Both the position numbers and the translations under genes were made by a program. DNA of 64,000 nt from Craspedostauros australis (Eukaryota). Of this stretch, positions 9,821 to 20,795 are shown piece after piece. The notes beneath the pieces were generated by a model that saw nothing but the letters and a program-made list of their open reading frames with translations, made no database searches and was not told the origin of the DNA. How positions within the stretch are numbered: position 1 is the first letter of the stretch; the number at the start of each line of letters is the position of its first letter. Location: positions 1 to 64,000 of the forward strand of contig JALAGF010005825.1 of assembly GCA_030167865.1 (NCBI GenBank), given 5' to 3'.

Positions 9821-12800
9821 GTTGTTGTCGTGCTCTTTCGTGCTCTTTCTTGGTCGTTTTTCTTTTCTTGCCCTTGGTTGCCCAGCGTTCTGGCGCGTTG
9901 CTGGTCGCCGATGCGTCGCAAGGGAGGGAACCACGGACCTTCGCTTCGGCCTGGTGCGAGGATGACTCCCAAGGATCTCGTTGGGCACCAAATCCGACCA
10001 GGTCGATGTCTCTGTCACCGCTGCTGGTCGTGCAACGCTGACGACGATGGAACTGTTTTTCCTGCTTTCTCGCCCATAGCGCACACCCCAATACCGCGAT
10101 CTGTGGGTGGCTTGGTCGGTGGTCAACCAAGGGCCAACAAAGGGACAGTGCACACACTCGCAGAGAACATGGGTTGCACCAGTCGCACACGCATCGAGCA
10201 AACGGCCTCTTTTGCACCCCTGTGCGAAGCTGCCTTGAGCTTTCGCCCTCGTCGATGACCACGCAAAACCGGCAGGAGGAACACAAATGCCTCCCACTCG
10301 CACAATAGATATTCTGTTGGTCTTTTGAACGGGACATCGTGACATTTTCTCGGTTACTCCAAGAGGTTGTGGTTGCCCCGCTACGAGCATGATGGGCGAA
10401 ATCGCTAAATTTGTGCATGCGGTCAACCACAACCATCGGTTCCGGTCATTGGTTCGGCTTTTCTTCGGTCATAGTGACCAAGGTTGCATGCAATCCGGGA
10501 AGGTAACATCTTGAGCCGCGTCACAGCGACATATTTTCGCTTGGAACTAAGCCTGAGGGAGTCAAATAATCGTGCCCGTAGTCTTAAATGCAGGCGTTTC
10601 ACGACCGGTCAAACTTGCGCTCCATTCGCGGCCATGACCACTTTGGGTGACGTTGTTGGAAGAAACTGTTGACAAACGGAGTTGTGCGTGCCGAGCTCCG
10701 GGACGCCTTTGCCTCTGGTTGGGGCGTCCTTTGCGTCTGCCTCCGCTGTTTTCGGTCGCGAAAAGCCTTTGGCGTCGACAGGTGCAAAACCAACCCCAAA
10801 AGCGAATTTGTCCAACCCGGCAAGACACGTCCATCTGTTGGCGACACTAACATCGGTCTTGGTTACGTCCAAGCATGCGCGTGAACTTGCGACGAAGCCG
10901 AGCCGTCATGGGAACTCCTTTTTGGTATATGAGGTATATAATATATTAAGAGATAAAATCAAAACCAAACACAAATGCAAATGTGAGATCCAGATCCTCT
11001 GTCTCGCTCTGCTCCACAGAAAGAGAGAGCAGTTTGCTGATTCCCATTCGGGATTGCCAGACGTGATCGACCATACCCGTAGTCCCACCAAGAAATGACT
11101 TGGTCCACGATCTTGGCCGAAACTCCCACATCAAACCATCGCTTCACCAAGCTCACCTGCTGGTTTGGAGTGACACTTGGAGCCAGATGGGGCACCCTCA
11201 CCGAAATTGCAACTCATAACCGAACGCCAACAGAGAGGATGGCGTGATCGGAGAGAGCTCTGGCAGCCTCCTTCACACGTACGACCGACTACTCGTTCAG
11301 TGGGTACAGTATTATGTATTATCCAATGTTTTGCAGTTGCACAAGGGACGTAACGTCGTTGCCATCCTTCCATCCTTCCTTCCATAATTGGAAATTAGGC
11401 ATGGCAAGGATCACAACTTAAACTCCTCCGGCAAATGTTGATGACCTCTCGTCTCAGATAGAGGCCTGCCAGCGGCACCAGACATGCCCCAATTTCATCA
11501 ACCACCCCCATGACCATCGGAGAGATCTGGGCGCACGCATGTCAACAACACAAGTGTGGATCTCAGCCCACGAAACAACCCAGCCCCTGGTTCGCAAATC
11601 CAAGACCGATTCCTCACAAACCAAGAGGCGAAACAAAAGCGCCAAAGAACAACCGATGAGAATGCGTTCGACTCCACGTTCCCATTCGTCCATTCCTTCG
11701 CTTTTTTTCTGACGATCGAGTGATGGCGGAAATGGTCAGAGGGAGGAACACAACGACGGCAGCCAGCCAGCCATCCAACTCGCGCGATCTTTTCAGGCCT
11801 TTCCTCTCTCTGTCTCTCTCTTCGTGTGTGCTTCTTTTGCCTCCTTCCCATTTCGCTCATTTGTATCCCAACAGCGGTCAAGGCAGAATCACGGCATCTG
11901 CTGCCCACCGCCAGCACAATGATGAAGGGGCATCACCAACCCACCAAAAGATGAGGGCGCCACCATGCGGAGTCTTTTGCACCTCTCGCAATCCTCCAAT
12001 CGAAACGCAAAACGAAAGAGCAACGTCGATGGTGCTGTGCGGTCCTCATTCATCTCTCGTTTGTTTCTTCTTGCCGTCAGCCTCTGCCTTGATCGTCCGA
12101 GCCATCGTACAACTGCACTCTCTGCAAGCTCTGCCCAATAGAATCCTCTCATCCATGCACCATACTCAACATTCCTATCCACCAATCTGTCCCTCTCTCT
12201 CTCTCTCTCTGCCCCAAACGCCGAGGGTGAGTTGCGATGATTTGTCTCCCAAACATGCTTTCGTTCTTTCTTTCTACACGGCCAATGCCGCAGGGTACGT
12301 GTGCCATGTCATGGCAGGATCACCATCCCGCATCTCTCTCGAGATAGCTGATGGTCTGTCCACCAGCAACCACCATCATCATGAGCAGTACTCACGTGAG
12401 TGTCGCGCCTCGGAGGAAACCAGTAGTCGGTTGATTGGCTTCACCAGAATGAGCCTTGTGCAAACTGCGAAGAAGAGTAGGATTACGTCGCAGTGAGTGA
12501 CGGGCATCTCTCTTGACGCCTTGATCGCCAGATGCGTCTGGGTGCGTACCGACGAGCACGAGCAATTCTACCAGACGTATCGATACACGTGACTATCCGC
12601 GTCTTCTTGCTCGCAGAGTGGGTACGCACGCACAAGTACCATGCCCCGCTCATTGTGATTGTTCCTGCCTGATAGATCGCAGGTGATGCTGTTGTTGTGC
12701 GTTGCTGCGCCCTCGTGTGGCACAGTAGACATCTTCCTTTGGAATCAGCGAGGGAGCGGGAACCACAACCAGAGGAGACAGAAAAGCAGTGGAGTAGGTC

Positions 12801-14927
12801 AATACACGTCACGTAATGCGTGGCAGAGGGTCACCACAGCACTCTTCTCGTGGCTCGCACGCATGTAGGCATGTATGTATGCACGAGTAGTAGTTTGAGC
12901 ACCGGACAACACCATTGAGCACATCGAGGCATCTAACGGTGCGGGAACATGGCGACTCGTTTGCATGTATTTACGCTGAGGCATTAATACAGACAAGTAG
13001 AGTCTCTATTATATCCTTATCATAGATGTTGCGCCACCTTGTCGTTTCTATTTCTGTACATGGCGTTCGCTGTCTTGCATCGCGTCGCCGTTGTTGCTGA
13101 TGCTGATGCCGCTGCTATCCATTCTCCGCGCTTGGACCCGCACCGTTCTCCTTCGAGGGATCATGGCATCAAAAGCATGCACCCAGCACGCACTCGATGG
13201 ATTCCTCCTCGCGGCCGCCTGTGGTCCAGATTTCTGTCATCTCCAACAGCGAGACCCCGGATTGCACCGAGTCGGTGTCGTTAGCGCTGATGCTACGCTC
13301 TTCACTGCGGATTGATGTTGGTGAAGGTGGTTGCAAGATTTCGACTTGGGGCGGTGCTCGTGACGGCGCCTTCGAGCGGAATCGGAACATCCTGCTTCCT
13401 GTTGTCTGCTGTCACCGTTGTGACGGTCGCCTTGTTGATGGAATGTGGGCCGTTGCTGTTGCTAGTTTTGATGAACAGCAATCAGTTGCAATTCATTCAA
13501 TCGATGAAGGGATGGATGGATCAATGGATGAACGAATCAGCGAATACCTCCCTTGTCTCTGGTCGTTTCCTTCCAGCTGTGACCTGTGAGGTGAAGTTTT
13601 GCCTTCGTTGCTGCCGTCCTTTCCTTCCTTGCTTTCTTCTGTTTCTTCGTTGGTCTGCTTCCGTCGATCCTTTCCACTGTCCTCGCATAAATCAGAGGAA
13701 CATCAGCGCTGGAAGTGAAAACATCACGCATTACGTTCGATTACGAATGCTCATGGCCATTGCCATTGTTCCTCCTTGCCCGCTGTTGTTCCCGTTGCTG
13801 TGACTGGCACCGAGCACGCTGTCGTTGTCTCTCTGTTTGCCATTGCCATCACGCGAAAATGGCAAAGACACGAAACTTGTGAACGATTCGTGTGGGTGGA
13901 GCTCGGCTTGCGCATTCACACGAAGTTCGCGCGCTAAGTTTGTCAATGGCCAATTTGTGTGTTCTATTTGTGTACTTGGTGTCATAATTGCGTATCACAT
14001 CAAGTGACAGTCATGCTATCGGGAGATGCGCGGCAGGCGATGTAAATGTAAATTCACCGCAGCTCCAGGGCTAAGATGAGAAAACCGATATGTTCGATCG
14101 GAGAAGTCGGAAGCGGCGATATCTTTGAACGGAGTCTTTGGCTTCAGTTGGCTGAACCTGTGTTTCTCAAGGATATTCGCTTCAGCTTCATCGGTCGTGT
14201 ACGGGATCAGGAGGAATTAATGAGATTTATTGACCAGAGGATATGTCCTTGGTCGCTCTGCTTCCTGGTTCGTCGATGGTAGTGTTCCAGATTTATGGTG
14301 TTGGAAGAGAAGGCTGACGATGCACGAACTGTGGGCTCGGCAAGGGAATCTTTTCCCGTTTATGGTGGGGGTGGGTGGGTGGTCCGTATCTTCTCTTCAA
14401 CTTCCATGCGATCCTTGGACCTCTTTCTGTTGGATGAGACGGAAGAAGTGGCATCATGTTTCCGTTTCGGCACCACCAATGCGAAAGATCGCAAGAAGCG
14501 TTTCGCGGAATGAATGGGTGAGTGAGTGGGTGAGAGTACGAGTATGATTCGCATCCCTACGAGCGGCCACGAGCGGCTACAGCGACGATCCAAACACAAT
14601 GGTGGAGATTGGAAATCAGCAAGCACTACAATTTCTTACTGTGATGTACGCCTTCGAAGCGTAGGCATCTGATGACTGCCTCCCTCTGACCTTTTCGCTC
14701 TGGTTGTGATGCGGTGCGCGAGTAGCGCAATGTTGTGCGGTGCATGCCATGCAAGTGCTCTGCGCTCGCTACCCCGCCTTTTTGTTGCTTCCATCCGCGC
14801 TGCTCCACGTTGTCGTCAGTTGCATCCCATTTGAGGCTTCCTCTCCTCTCATAAAAACGCAAACGCAGCAAGCAATCAGCAAACGCTCATCCTACGGAAC
14901 ATCACATCAACCATCAACACAACAACC

Positions 14928-15893
14928 ATGACAGGCAAAGACACCCCCTACACCCCCTTCATCGAGAATGTTGAGGCGCAAGACGACGAGGACGCCAACA
15001 AAAAGGAGCTTCCAAGCTGGTGCAACCTGATCATAAAGTGGTTCCAGAACAACTTCTGGGACTGGGCGGTTTCCAGGATCACTTGGGAGACCTTCCCATG
15101 GGTCATCTGCTCCCTCCTCTCTACCATCTACTTCTACCTCTACCTCCTCGCCGATCACGACATCTCCGAGGACAACGAGTACTACCTCCAGGGATTCTGC
15201 GTCACCGGCCTCGACATCTCCAACAGCACCAGCCCAACATGCACCCCGCAGCTCGGAAACTCGCATCAGTTCGCCTTCACCTTTGATGTCATGTTCCTGA
15301 TCTTGGCCATCGCCCTTCCGTTCACCGGCCTGTGCGTCTCCCCGCCCAGCAGAGACCTGTGCATGCAGGGCGTCCTCTTCGCCTTCGTCATCGGCTTCCA
15401 CGGCATCCTTCACTTGGCCTTCTCCGCGGCCCACTGCGACTTGGGCGGCACCTCCAGCCTGCTCGCCTCCCAGAGCTTCTTCGGCACCCCCAACGAGACG
15501 ATCATCAGCATCATCCTCTACTTCCTCTTCGTCTTCCTCCTCATGGCCATGACCATCTTCGGCTTCAGCTGGCTTCCAGACGTCAGCAAGCCGCTTGCGT
15601 TCGGCGTCTCCCTCGTCCTTACCGTCATCATCGGCGCCATCTCCATCCAGAAGCAGGGCGTAACGGTCTTCTTCATGCTCTCCCACTTCGTCGTGTCTTA
15701 CGTCGGATGGTTGATCCCTAACACCAACAAGGTCACCGTTCCGTTGGGATACTCCTTCATCCCACCGATCATCATCTCCCTCCTCGAGTTCGGAGCCTGC
15801 GACAACATCCTTCTCGCCATGGGTGGACACCAGTGGTACGACGTGACCTTGCATGCCTCCATGCTCGTGTCTTTGGCAACCATGATCCTTTAA
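14928..15893 (+). CDS. Uncharacterised ~7-TM membrane protein, His/Asp-motif family, paralogue 1
   Basis: 321-aa ORF with strong C-ending codon bias, multiple hydrophobic helices and motifs GFCV, NSHQFAFTFD, HGILH, GGHQWYD shared with two more copies at 52-55 kb. Confidence 0.9.
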   Translation: MTGKDTPYTPFIENVEAQDDEDANKKELPSWCNLIIKWFQNNFWDWAVSRITWETFPWVICSLLSTIYFYLYLLADHDISEDNEYYLQGFCVTGLDISNSTSPTCTPQLGNSHQFAFTFDVMFLILAIALPFTGLCVSPPSRDLCMQGVLFAFVIGFHGILHLAFSAAHCDLGGTSSLLASQSFFGTPNETIISIILYFLFVFLLMAMTIFGFSWLPDVSKPLAFGVSLVLTVIIGAISIQKQGVTVFFMLSHFVVSYVGWLIPNTNKVTVPLGYSFIPPIIISLLEFGACDNILLAMGGHQWYDVTLHASMLVSLATMIL

Positions 15894-16700
15894 ACAGTCG
15901 TCCGTTTCTTTCCCGATGGCCATACCATAATGGAAGAGGAGATACGACGACGAAGGCATTATCCATCGCTTGCTCGTGCGATGGATGGCGAGAACGATCG
16001 GTGTCCGCAGGAAACAAGCACACGAGCACAAACGCAATCAACAGTTGGGTAATCAGAATTTAGTCCCCGATTCTCTCACAACCACCTTGCCTTGTTGTGC
16101 TCATGGAAACAAGCAGTGGCAGTTTTCTGGCGATCATAAAGATGACCCCGCATGGCTCGCACCATGCGATGCTTTTGCATGGTTTTTGAACCTTTTTGTT
16201 TGTTCTTGTTGTGGCGGATGGATGGACGGTTGTTATTGATTATGTGAGGGACTTCTGAAGTACCCAGAGAAGCCTGCAGGTGCTGACGTCATGCAGAAAC
16301 TGGGCACGATGGAGCAACCAATGTTGGCGGTGTAGAACTGGACTGCTTTGCTCTGCCTATGTATTATAATATAATACATGATATTACATTACATAAGAAT
16401 AGTAGGTATGTCCTCGATGCATATTCAGAAGCATGGATAGAGATTGACTGAGAGCTGAAGACGCATCTCCCTACGAGCCACTCCAGCAGAAGTTATGGAC
16501 AGAGCGAGCAGGACCGTGCAATCACCACCGATGCGATGGATTCTGGTGAGACATCACCTGTCGAACCCACAGCACAGCCTCAGCGTTCTCACTCAACTTC
16601 GATAGAGGAGTGCGTGAGCCATTCCGATTCCACATCCTACTGACACTCACAACAAGAGAGTGGTGTGCGTTACGTCGAATAATATGTTATGCTATGCTAT

Positions 16701-18284
16701 TTAAAAATACCGCTGCGGCTGATGCATGCGCTCGACGATGACGATGGTCCCGCGATTGCCTCGCGTGATGCGCATGGTGTCATCCATGTAGAGGACGTCT
16801 AGCCATCCGACGGGTGAACGTTTCATATCGAAATGGAATGAATTCTCAATGCGCAGGGCGTCGACGGCATTCTTGGCCATCCATTTGTTCTTGTATTCCA
16901 AGGTGGGACGCGTGAGGCCCAGAACGGTCTGCAGGATGGTGTCCCACAGCGATAGTTTGGTTGCGGAAGAGGAGGAGGACGAGGTGTTGAGGAAGGATCG
17001 CCTCCATTCCTGCAGCTTGGCGGCATTGCGGACGGTGCTGCGGGCCGGTACCAAGGTGCCGCCCGTGAATTGGACGCGCAGGCGTTTGCGCTTGGTGGCG
17101 GCATCGTCTTCGTAGTGGCAGACAGCGTGGTTGCAGATGAGGGCCTGCAGCGGGATCCCGTTTGGCGTGGAGATGAGCATGTCGCAGAATATGTTGTAGG
17201 TGAACTGCTTCGTGTTGGCGGACGCGAGCTGCGGCGTGCGCAGGGGGAAGACCTGGTTGCGGATGCCCACGAGCGTGCAGACGAGGTCGCTGGGCTGGAA
17301 TATGTTGAAGGAGATCCTGCCCAGGGTGTACTTGGTGAGCTGGCTGCCGAAGTCGCTCTGGAAGCTGGCAGCTCCATTGGCGTTTGCGCTGTTGCCGGCA
17401 TCGTTTTGGTCGTCGATGCTGTTGCCGTTCCCGTTGAACATTGTGGAGGAGGCCGCCGCGAGTTCCGCGGGCGAGTCCTCGTTGTCGTAGATGCGTCCCG
17501 GGAAGGTGGGCGCTGTGAGGGTGCGGAAGTTTCCGCATAACTGGCTGAGCATGGTGTTCTCCACGCTCTGCGCAGTGAGGTTGTTGGCCTCCATGTTGTT
17601 GATGTAGAGGTCGTGCAGCTTGTCGATGACCTTGGCCACCTCCGGGTGGTCCGGGTCTCCTTCGTACTTGCGCAGCACGATGCGCAGCTCGCGTTTGGTC
17701 TGCGCGACGTGGCTCTGCGCGGATCTGTTGGTGGCGAGGATCCTGGCGCTGCGTTTGTTGTCGTCGTCGTTGTTGTTGCCTCCGTTGGGCGTGGTGACGC
17801 CAGGCCCGAAGAGGGACCTGGGATTGCGCAGCCGCGGCTCCTGAGCTCTGGTGTCTGATGTTGTGGAGGCAGGCATGGCGGAGGAAGAGGCGGCCGGGTT
17901 GAAGGTCCTGAACATCTCGTTGAGCGGTCCTCTGGGTGTGAATGGTGTTCTGCCGTTGCCATTGCTGTTGCCATTCGCATTGATGCCTGCATCCACATTG
18001 ATGTCATTGATGTCCCTGTCATTCATGTCCACATCCATGCCATTCATGTCATTGATGTCTGTGGTGCGACGAATGCGATTGGCACCTCCAAAAGGCTGGA
18101 AAAAGTTGGGTCTGGAGGTGGAGAGACGTCCGACCGCATTCAGCTGAACTCCATTGCGCTGTCCTTGTCGTTGCGGTTGCTGGTAAGACTGATTGTGAGA
18201 CGCGTAGTGATGCTGAGGAAGGCTGGGAGAGCCGGTCGTCAGCAGGCTCGACTGCGTGTACGCATATGCCAACAGGAGCTGCAT
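16701..18284 (-). CDS. PAP/fibrillin-like domain protein (start uncertain)
   Basis: 527-aa ORF; C-terminal GWLDVLYMDDTMRITRGNRGTIVIVER is typical of the PAP_fibrillin C-terminus; Asn-rich low-complexity N-terminus. Confidence 0.75.
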   Translation of the reverse strand: MQLLLAYAYTQSSLLTTGSPSLPQHHYASHNQSYQQPQRQGQRNGVQLNAVGRLSTSRPNFFQPFGGANRIRRTTDINDMNGMDVDMNDRDINDINVDAGINANGNSNGNGRTPFTPRGPLNEMFRTFNPAASSSAMPASTTSDTRAQEPRLRNPRSLFGPGVTTPNGGNNNDDDNKRSARILATNRSAQSHVAQTKRELRIVLRKYEGDPDHPEVAKVIDKLHDLYINNMEANNLTAQSVENTMLSQLCGNFRTLTAPTFPGRIYDNEDSPAELAAASSTMFNGNGNSIDDQNDAGNSANANGAASFQSDFGSQLTKYTLGRISFNIFQPSDLVCTLVGIRNQVFPLRTPQLASANTKQFTYNIFCDMLISTPNGIPLQALICNHAVCHYEDDAATKRKRLRVQFTGGTLVPARSTVRNAAKLQEWRRSFLNTSSSSSSATKLSLWDTILQTVLGLTRPTLEYKNKWMAKNAVDALRIENSFHFDMKRSPVGWLDVLYMDDTMRITRGNRGTIVIVERMHQPQRYF

Positions 18285-19801
18285 GATTGGATTCGATTCG
18301 ACTCAATTCAACTTGATTCAACTCAACTCAATTCGATGCGATGTAACGTGATGGATTTGCGTCCCTGAATATGAATGTGGCTGTGGATGCTCTGTGGATG
18401 CTCTACCAAGTCTCCCGTGCTCAACAGGCAACGCTTCTCTCTGCTGCTGTTGCTGCTGCTATTGCCTCAACGAGTATGGCCTTTGTCTTGGTCTTGGTGC
18501 GAGTGTTGCGAGTGTTGCGAGTTGTGCTTCTCTGCTTTGTGTCTTGCGCTCGCAGTTGAAGAAGATGAAGCAGTTGACACACCTGATGTGCTTGATACGC
18601 TTGATACGCTTGCTGCAGCCCGAATGCCTTTGTCGCCTCTGATTGCTCTACCCTGTTGGCATGTATAGTATTATGTCTGCTGTCTGCTGTCTTGGTCCAA
18701 GCGTTGCCCTAACGACCTTCGACTACTCGCTCTATCTGCATGCAATGGACTTGTGCTTGGTGCTCTGTCATGCGACGTTTCCCATCAAACATGTGATGTC
18801 ACTCTTCTCTCTCTGTCGTCATTGTCTATTCCGCAAATCCTTTGATCCTCCTGAGCCTCTCTCCTCATTTGCATTGCTTGCTCTCTTGATTGCTCTCTTG
18901 ATTGCCTCCCTTGCTTGACGCTCTTCGTATCATTCAACACACGCACCATCCACACCATCGATACCATCCAACAGAGCCAGCGAAGCCAACAACACCAACC
19001 ACCACGACAACGAGATCCCCAACCACACTCGCACTCCGGAACAACAACCAACCACCCAAAATCACCTTCTTTGCGTTCGTTCGTTTCCCGCCACGCATGC
19101 AACACGTCGCATGTCAAGTGTTGTCGCTGACGTGGCGCAATCAATTAACGAACGACAGACACTGCGACATTCACTTCCAATGATTGCATGTCGCAAGAAT
19201 TCATCATTGTCAAGGGACAGGTGTTCCGTGTCGCAATCTACAATATTGGAATGTAGTCACTCGTAGAGAGTGGAGAATAGACAATAGAGTTGATGAGCAA
19301 TAGAATACACTTACATGTTGCTCGAGAGAGTGGTAGTATTGGGATGGATGTGTATTCATGGATTGGTTGTGGTGGCGGAGGAGAAGAATCTGCTCTGACG
19401 TGCTCCAATCGCACTTGGACAGGCAGTTCAGCTGAACGCTTTGCTGATGGAGCAAACGCGCTCACGGCAATGCATTCAAACAATGCATCACAAGCAGACA
19501 GCTTAGCTTGAGTCGAATTGCATGGGCTATCTCAGATGCTGCTAGAGCAGTTTGCAACAGAGTGCGAGTAGGTCATAGTAAGATCACTGCACTTGGCAAC
19601 CATGGCCTTGGTTCACCATCGCCAACCAATCAACCGACTCATTTGAATCATAGTGCGCAGAACGTGCGACCGTTAATTGCGGTTTGGCGCCAAAACAAAT
19701 ATCCAAAATCACGACACACAACAACACAATCAATCCATCTCGCTTTCGCACATCACACCCATCGGCATCATTTTCACATCACAACCACCGCCATCACCAT
19801 C

Positions 19802-20467
19802 ATGTCCAACCACGACTACGACACCAACAAGTTCGATCACGTATTTTCGGGATGGTCTATCTGGATTGAACCCGAACTCACCGCGCAGCTGACGGGCGAG
19901 ATGGACCATCTGCGACAGGAGGTCTGTGGCAACGACCCCAGCGTCCATCCCTTCGTGCCGCACGTCACCTTGATGTACAACTTTCCGCCGCAGCCGTGTG
20001 CGGAGACGGCAAAAATCATGCTGCAGCAGTGCTGGGATGAATTCCGCGCTTCATACGATGCGGATCAGTGGAATGCCAAACGGGCAAGAGTCATTGCGGG
20101 GCAAGCATGCAGCACGGAACAACAACCACAAATGCCCCTCACCGCCTACGCATGGCATCATCTCCACTACCCCAAATCCGCAGATAATGGCAAGGGATTC
20201 GGCTGCGACATCGTCCTGCTCGTCGTCGAACCCTACGAATGGCTCTTCTCATTGCGGCGCATCGTGCAGGACAAATTCGGCACGGACGAACGAAACGACA
20301 ACTTCATCCCGCACATGTCCTTGGTCTATGCGCCCGAGGCTCTGGGGCCGCGGCTATCCATGGACGATCGCCCGATTCCGGCACTGTCGGCCAAGTATCT
20401 ATCCATCTGGAGCACGCAAGGGAGGCTGCCAGAATGGAGTTGTGTTTGTCGAGTTGATTTGACTTGA
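19802..20467 (+). CDS. 2H phosphoesterase / cyclic phosphodiesterase (CPDase-like)
   Basis: Two Hx(T/S)x motifs, FVPHVTLMY and FIPHMSLVY, plus N-terminal WSIWIEP; ATG at 19802 after a CA-rich leader. Confidence 0.85.
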   Translation: MSNHDYDTNKFDHVFSGWSIWIEPELTAQLTGEMDHLRQEVCGNDPSVHPFVPHVTLMYNFPPQPCAETAKIMLQQCWDEFRASYDADQWNAKRARVIAGQACSTEQQPQMPLTAYAWHHLHYPKSADNGKGFGCDIVLLVVEPYEWLFSLRRIVQDKFGTDERNDNFIPHMSLVYAPEALGPRLSMDDRPIPALSAKYLSIWSTQGRLPEWSCVCRVDLT

Positions 20468-20795
20468 GATTGCGCGGATGGAGGTGAGTTCACTTGAATC
20501 GGACTGGTCATCATCGTTGAGTCGTGTCAGGACTGCGCGGTCCGTTGAGGGTTTTTTCGTGACCGCACAAAAATCAACTTCAACCACCACAGGAAGCGGC
20601 AAGACGGCGCGAGACCAACAGATGCAACGCAGAACCGAAACGGTTGGGGTTCCCTCCTCCCTTTCTTGTTCTTGCTTGCTTGGTTTCTTGGTGCGCGAAG
20701 TCATCCACTTGGCATTCAACTTGGCATTCAACTTGGCATTGCACTTGGCACTGCACTGCATCACACAAATAGCAACGACAGTTAGCAACGCAACC

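Noticed and set aside
9273..14871. Numerous short ORFs in the long intergenic region, e.g. 11720-12496
   Set aside because: No codon bias or domains, many non-ATG starts, and no transposase or RT motifs seen.
14907..16037. Long antisense ORFs over real genes (also 34071-35126, 36618-38183, 53798-54775, 59109-60023)
   Set aside because: Expected from strong C-ending codon bias on the sense strand; the products have no recognisable motifs.
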